Source: Amoebophrya sp. A120 (taxonomy: Eukaryota; Protista; Dinoflagellata). Taken from it: a stretch of DNA of 64,000 nucleotides. Both the position numbers and the translations under genes were made by a program. Positions 58,920-64,000 of the stretch are shown in pieces (positions within the stretch are counted from its first letter, which is position 1; each line of letters starts with the position of its first letter). The stretch lies in NCBI GenBank assembly GCA_905178155.1, contig CAJINV010000013.1, forward strand, positions 2,662,158-2,726,157. Reading direction: 5' to 3'. Under the pieces are notes generated by a model that did not search any database, was not told the origin of the DNA, and was given only the letters and a program-made list of their open reading frames with translations.

Positions 58920-60021
58920 GCTTGCAGGAGAACTTCTACGGGGAGCGGTTCTTTGTGTAGAAGTATCTAGCACGGGCGGTCGCTCCGCGACCGCCGGAGA
59001 GGTATGGAGTAGACAAGAAAGCGATGGACCCGATTTCCTACGAGGAAATTTGCAGGCGCGGGGAAGGGGAGGGGGGGGGCGAGAACCCTACAGGCGCAGG
59101 GCTTTTCCGGGCGCCTGAGGCCCCTAGACAAAGACAAAGGCGTGACAGCGGCCCGCCCCAGGCCTCACGAGCAACAGGGGTCCGGGAAACACAAAGAACA
59201 GACACCCGGGGGCACGACCCCAACCTGGGAGGGGGCGAGCCGTCCGGGATGTTCCCAATTTGCGAGCACCCCCCCAAGTTGCGAGCCTCACGGGCGGCTG
59301 CTCGTCATTCTAGTTACGCCCCCAAGGCGATGGGGCTGCTTTCGACGGAGGCCACAGGGCCGCAGCTGCGGAAGCTGCGCGACAACCACAGGGCCGCAGC
59401 TGCGAAAGCTGCGCGACAAAGAACCTGGCCGGCCAGGCAGGTGCAACCAGCACAATGGGACTGGGCGCGCTGTGTGGAATAACCACCTAGGGCACTGAGA
59501 AAAGGCGCTTTTTTCTTCGTGCAGGGCGGCGGGAGCATCCACACCAAGAGGGGGCCGCCCCCGCGAGGCAAAACGTGGCCACCCAAACAAAGCGCAAACC
59601 CCCTACCGGCACCGTGGCGGGGCCGGAGCTAGTTCGCCTGAACCTGCGGGCGCACCAGCGCGTAGCGCGCCACCCTCAGTCAGACAAATAAGTCCTTTCC
59701 CTCCCATGGCTGCGCCCCCTTTTCCCGGGAACGAGCGCCACGCCCCGCGCTACCACACAGGTACTAGTTGCTCGGCGCTAGTTTCTCCACAGGGGGCAAG
59801 GGAAGCAAGCAGCGCGGGCGAGCTGTTTGGCGCAAGCTCGGGGCGATCCGGCCCGCGAGGCAATTTTCCACTAGTAAGCTTCTTCCTAGTAAACTCTCTA
59901 CTAGTAGTCTTACTAGTAGTTTTTTTGCTTGCTTGTCACGATAAGATTACTAGTAAGACAGCTTACTAGTAAAATGCTTGCAGGAGAACTTCTACGGGGA
60001 GCGGTTCTTTGTGTAAAAGTA
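58920..60021. mobile_element. ~1-kb GC-rich insertion bracketed by a 46-bp direct repeat
   Basis: gcttgcaggagaacttctacggggagcggttctttgtgta(g/a)aagta occurs at 58920-58965 and 59976-60021. An ACTAGT-rich tract lies at 59870-59972. Confidence 0.6.
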
Positions 60022-61804
60022 GTAAGTACCCCAAACTGGTTGGTTTTCTTGATAAGAAAAACCTACACCGAAAAATTTGACGTTGCAAATCAATTGACAT
60101 TGATATCCGCGACTTCGTGGAGTCAGACAGTTGTTAGCGCAGTGGCGCCAACGACACGGACACCAATGAGGAAACTAGAGCTACTGGATGACTATACATA
60201 GAGGATCCTCGCCGGGCGCTCAGCCGAAAAAGAAAAGCTGTGACCTCTGATCACGCTATGTCTTTAAAAAAAGGAAAACGCTATGTCTTGCTCGCGCCAG
60301 AACCTAAGTACCAGAGGAATTCTTTCGAAGAAGTTGATCAATATAGGTGTGAAATCATTGTGAAATGAGGATCTCCTTATCGATTTTTTCAATATTAGTG
60401 CAGTCTCCCGAATTGAGAAATTATTTTCACGTTTTTTCAAGGACATCGGTCGGTGATCTGTCTATGCGCTACGCTGCGTGTTGCGAGGACGCGAAATTGG
60501 AACTCGTACTCACGTGGCCATCACATACAGCCGCGAATCAAATTCAAAAACAACCATGCAGCGATTAAAAACAAACCAGAGCAGATTAAGGAAGATGAAA
60601 GGTACACGCTCGCAGTCCCAACAACTAAATGAAGATACTGTTCACAACAACAGCACAAGAACACCACAATCCACTGCAAAAGCTTTTCGAGACGAGCAAC
60701 CCCTTGAAAGGGCGCAGTTCCCGACTTCGAATATTTTTTGCGCCCTATTTACCCAGCCGGTTGTGCTGCAAGAACCATGACAATATGACAAATCAAATCA
60801 GACACACGACGTGTCCCTTGCGTTTGCATCCAATACTGAGTATACTAAGTATTTAAGAGTTGCGCGCAAATCTGAGTGTCGTGTTTCAAATACGCCTCCA
60901 GGGCGAAAATTTTGTGCCTTTATAGTTTTTCCACCAATTGACATATTTGATACAAGAGCGTTGAGTCTTTTGCAACTCAATGACAGCAGCCTGCCAGATT
61001 TTTGCACGCAGTAGGTTCTGGACTGTTTGTCGTCGCCTGTTTATTTCGGCTGCAAAAATGAATACACAAGGAAAATGTTGGTGGTATACGGGTATAGAGG
61101 GTGAATCTGCTTTCGCATTTTTACGGAAGATCAGGCACCGGGCTGATGGAAACGTATGCGATTAAAGTATGTGTGAAAAAGCGTGTATGAAAAATGAAAA
61201 AAATGTCTTTTGTGATTGTGCCACAAGTACTAGTACCCGCCATGTAATAAATTGCAATTGAATCTTGTCACCTGTTCCTCCCCCGTAAAATCTTAGAAGT
61301 AGACTTCATCTTATTTTATGCGCTAAAGAACAACCCTTCTGAGAGTCTCTCTTGTTGTGACTTGTCGTTGTCCTTAATTTCCCATATGCAAAAACCTCGG
61401 TGACATTTGCTCTTATCTGCAAAAACTACTTCGCTGAGCTTTGGAGCTGCGGCAGGGATTCCGCCTAGATGCTCTTATTTATTGCGTTGAAAGTATTGCT
61501 TACGATTGCCAATATTGTTTGCGTATCATATGATTTATTTGGGTTTAGTATTTACAGCTGCTTGAGCTTTTTCTTGCTGCTAAAATTTGTAACTGTAAGA
61601 ACCGTAAAAAAGAACGTCTACGTTTGCAGCTGCGGGTGCAGCTTGATTCCGGCAAAAAAAAACCGGAGACATTGACAAAAATTCGTACTACGAATATTAT
61701 CCTGAATATTTTCGAGAAAATTTTTCGAACGGCGAGAAGTTTATTTAGATTCGCTACGTATTGTATTCCCTGTCGCTGTCCTGTGCGAAGAAGTCGATAA
61801 TTAC

Positions 61805-64000
61805 TTACATCTTGGACATACTTGCCTTCTCCCTCTCCTTCCACACTTGAGTGAGGGATTTTCCCTTGGACACGCACTCCTCGAGCAGCTTTGATGGCTC
61901 CCAGTAGGACACTATTGTGAGGAAAAATCCCCCCTCCCCATATCGAAAGCGAAACTTGTGCTGCTGTATTTGAGTACTTACACAAATCGCATTTGTGTTG
62001 CTGGAGAGGACTGCAGACCCATACCAAGCCCGAGTAGAGAGGCTTTGACTTAGGCGCCTAGCATGAAAGGCGTCCGTGATGTTGGCTCAACAGCATGACA
62101 AACCGCCTCCATAATGGGACGGAAGCTGCTGCCCTTGTCTTCTTGCAACACAAACGTGACTTGTGACCTCAAATCAGCAACACAAATTTTCGAAAACTTA
62201 CCTCTTCAATATGGGGACGGGGGATTTTTCCTTGCGATAGAAACCTGTCGGTAATTCTTGTTTTTCGACACCAGCTCCGTTCTTTCCTTGCCGTATTTCT
62301 TCAGTCCCGCAAGAATGTTGTCCAGCCCCACAATGTTGTCTGCCCAGTGCATCGGACCGCCCTTGTAAGGGGGAAAGCCGTACCTGCGCGGGAGGTCGAG
62401 GGAAGTTTTTGTTTGGGATCAAGACAGAGAGTCGAAATGGTCGTGTATCGAATCTCTACAACTTATTTTGTTCACGAACACTAATGGGCACCAGTGGACG
62501 GGAGAAAAAACGCCATGAAAGAAAAATCTCATAGCGCTCCAATTTCAATATAGTACCCGTAAACGTAGACAATATCGATGTCTGATGGTCGCTGTGCCAT
62601 GTTCTCCTCGAGAATCTTGAAGCCCTCGTTTACCAACGGGAAAAACAGTCGCTCGCACACCTCCTTCTCGTCAAACGACCGCGGGGTGACGCCTTTTGAC
62701 TTCTGGATTTCGGCGACTTTTGGGGGCAGCTCCGGGTCTAGCTTCAGCTTCTTTCGGGTCTTTGCGTCGTACAGGAAAATACCTTTTCGTTTATTTCAGG
62801 AGAAAACGAATGCTGTTGGAAAAAATTACTCAAAAAACAGCAGGGTCAAGAAAAATTTGGCCGCACGAAGAACATTCTAGTAGAAGTGGATGTGGAAACG
62901 CCAGTTTTATATATTACCTCTTCCCGTCTTCACGCCCCACCTGTTCTGCTCGCAGAGCCAATCGCACATTTCATACGGCCCAATCGAAACTTTCGTCTCC
63001 ATCTGCATATTCCCCGCTGCCTTGCGCTGCTTCCAAAAGAGTTCCAAGCCGACCAGGTCCGCAAGGGTGAGCGGGCCCATGGGCATGCCAAACTTAAAGG
63101 CCGCGGAATCCACCAAGGACATGTCTGCGCCCTGTTCGACCATCATGCGAGCTTCCGCACCGTAGGGACCTCAAAATGTTGATTTCAACAGGACGCATTC
63201 TTTTTTATTTTTTAACCATCTTCATCTTCTTCTTCAGGAACAATGCAAGTGCTGCATAAACGCTTCGTGAATGAATGTAGGTAGTTGTCAACTGAAGAAA
63301 TCCTTGCAATTTCGTCACATCCAACATACTGAACAACAGAAGTCAAATGCTATTCTCTTTCGCGTTATGAATTTTTTCTAGTCATATTACAGAAGTAGTC
63401 CTCTAACTATACCCATCATCCTGTTTCCGACGAAGCCGTCGCAATTTCCGACTAACACCGCTTTTTTGCCGATCAGCTTGCCCATGGCCATGCAGCTCGC
63501 GAGCGTGACCGCGTCGGCCTTCTTGGTGCGCACGTTTTCCAGGAGCTGCATCACGTTGGCGGGGGAGAAAAAGTGGGTACCCATCACCTTTTCTGGGTAC
63601 GAGTAGGCGGCCGCGATCTCGTCGATGTCCAATCCGGAGGTGTTGGTGCAGACGTATCAAGAGGAAAACTCCCCCCTCCCCATATCGAAAACGAAATTTG
63701 TGGCGCTGTATTTGAGTACACAAATCGACTTGTAATGCTAGAAGGCCAAGAGACGCAGCTGTGGCCTCGTTTGCAGGCAATTCGTCATGCTGCTTCCCAC
63801 TTCCAGCTGCCGCCTGTCTTGCTGAAGCTGCAAGGCTTTCCCACGCCAACCAGCACTACAGTCCGCATCTTTTCCGTTCTAGCATGACAAAGCTGATTCG
63901 TGACCACAAATCTGCATCACAAATTCCTAGTTCGAGTATGGGGTGGGGGGATTTTTCATTTTGATAAGACGAGGCAGTCCTTCTTGCACACCTTGCCGAG
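61805..64000 (-). CDS. 3-hydroxyacyl-CoA dehydrogenase / multifunctional beta-oxidation enzyme, C-terminal part (5' end beyond window)
   Basis: Motifs [93 protein letters not shown]. The protein ends ...SMSKM*, a PTS1-like tripeptide. Confidence 0.93.
61913..62239. mobile_element. Introner, family C (327 bp; TSD GACAC/GAAAC)
   Basis: TIRs contain ggaaaaatcccccctccccatat and the interior is similar to 22758-23079. Removal gives YRQV-SYWEPS. Confidence 0.9.
63655..63966. mobile_element. Introner, family C (312 bp; TSD AGACG)
   Basis: AGACG occurs at 63650-63654 and 63967-63971. Removal restores DCLV-CTNTSG. Confidence 0.9.

Noticed and set aside
1-64000. Dinoflagellate spliced-leader relics, tRNA, rRNA or snRNA genes
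   Set aside because: No convincing match was seen by eye. A covariance-model search would be needed to exclude them.

Overview
This is eukaryotic, intron-rich DNA in which every recognisable gene lies on the minus strand. The architecture closely resembles the parasitic dinoflagellate Amoebophrya (Syndiniales); that is an inference, not a taxonomic proof. Recognisable genes are CAND1 (20099-29945), an acyl-CoA-binding protein (31073-34609), a phospholipid N-methyltransferase of the PLMT/PEMT family (57665-58819) and the 3' part of a 3-hydroxyacyl-CoA dehydrogenase/multifunctional beta-oxidation enzyme (61805->64000). There is also a ~2550-aa Sfi1-like coiled-coil protein and several hypothetical genes. 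The dominant feature is an introner system. About 18 MITE-like elements of roughly 210-330 bp, from at least six unrelated TIR families, sit inside coding exons. Most have 5'-TAT...ATA-3' termini and a 5-bp target-site duplication (TSD), and all families carry an internal TTGTCATGC/GCATGACAA motif. In each case I checked, removing the element plus one TSD copy restores the reading frame and conserved protein motifs. Most have no GT-AG solution, and copies of the same family occur in both orientations. Three non-canonical introns also host larger (1.4-2.7 kb) nested TIR elements. No autonomous transposase gene is visible in the window.
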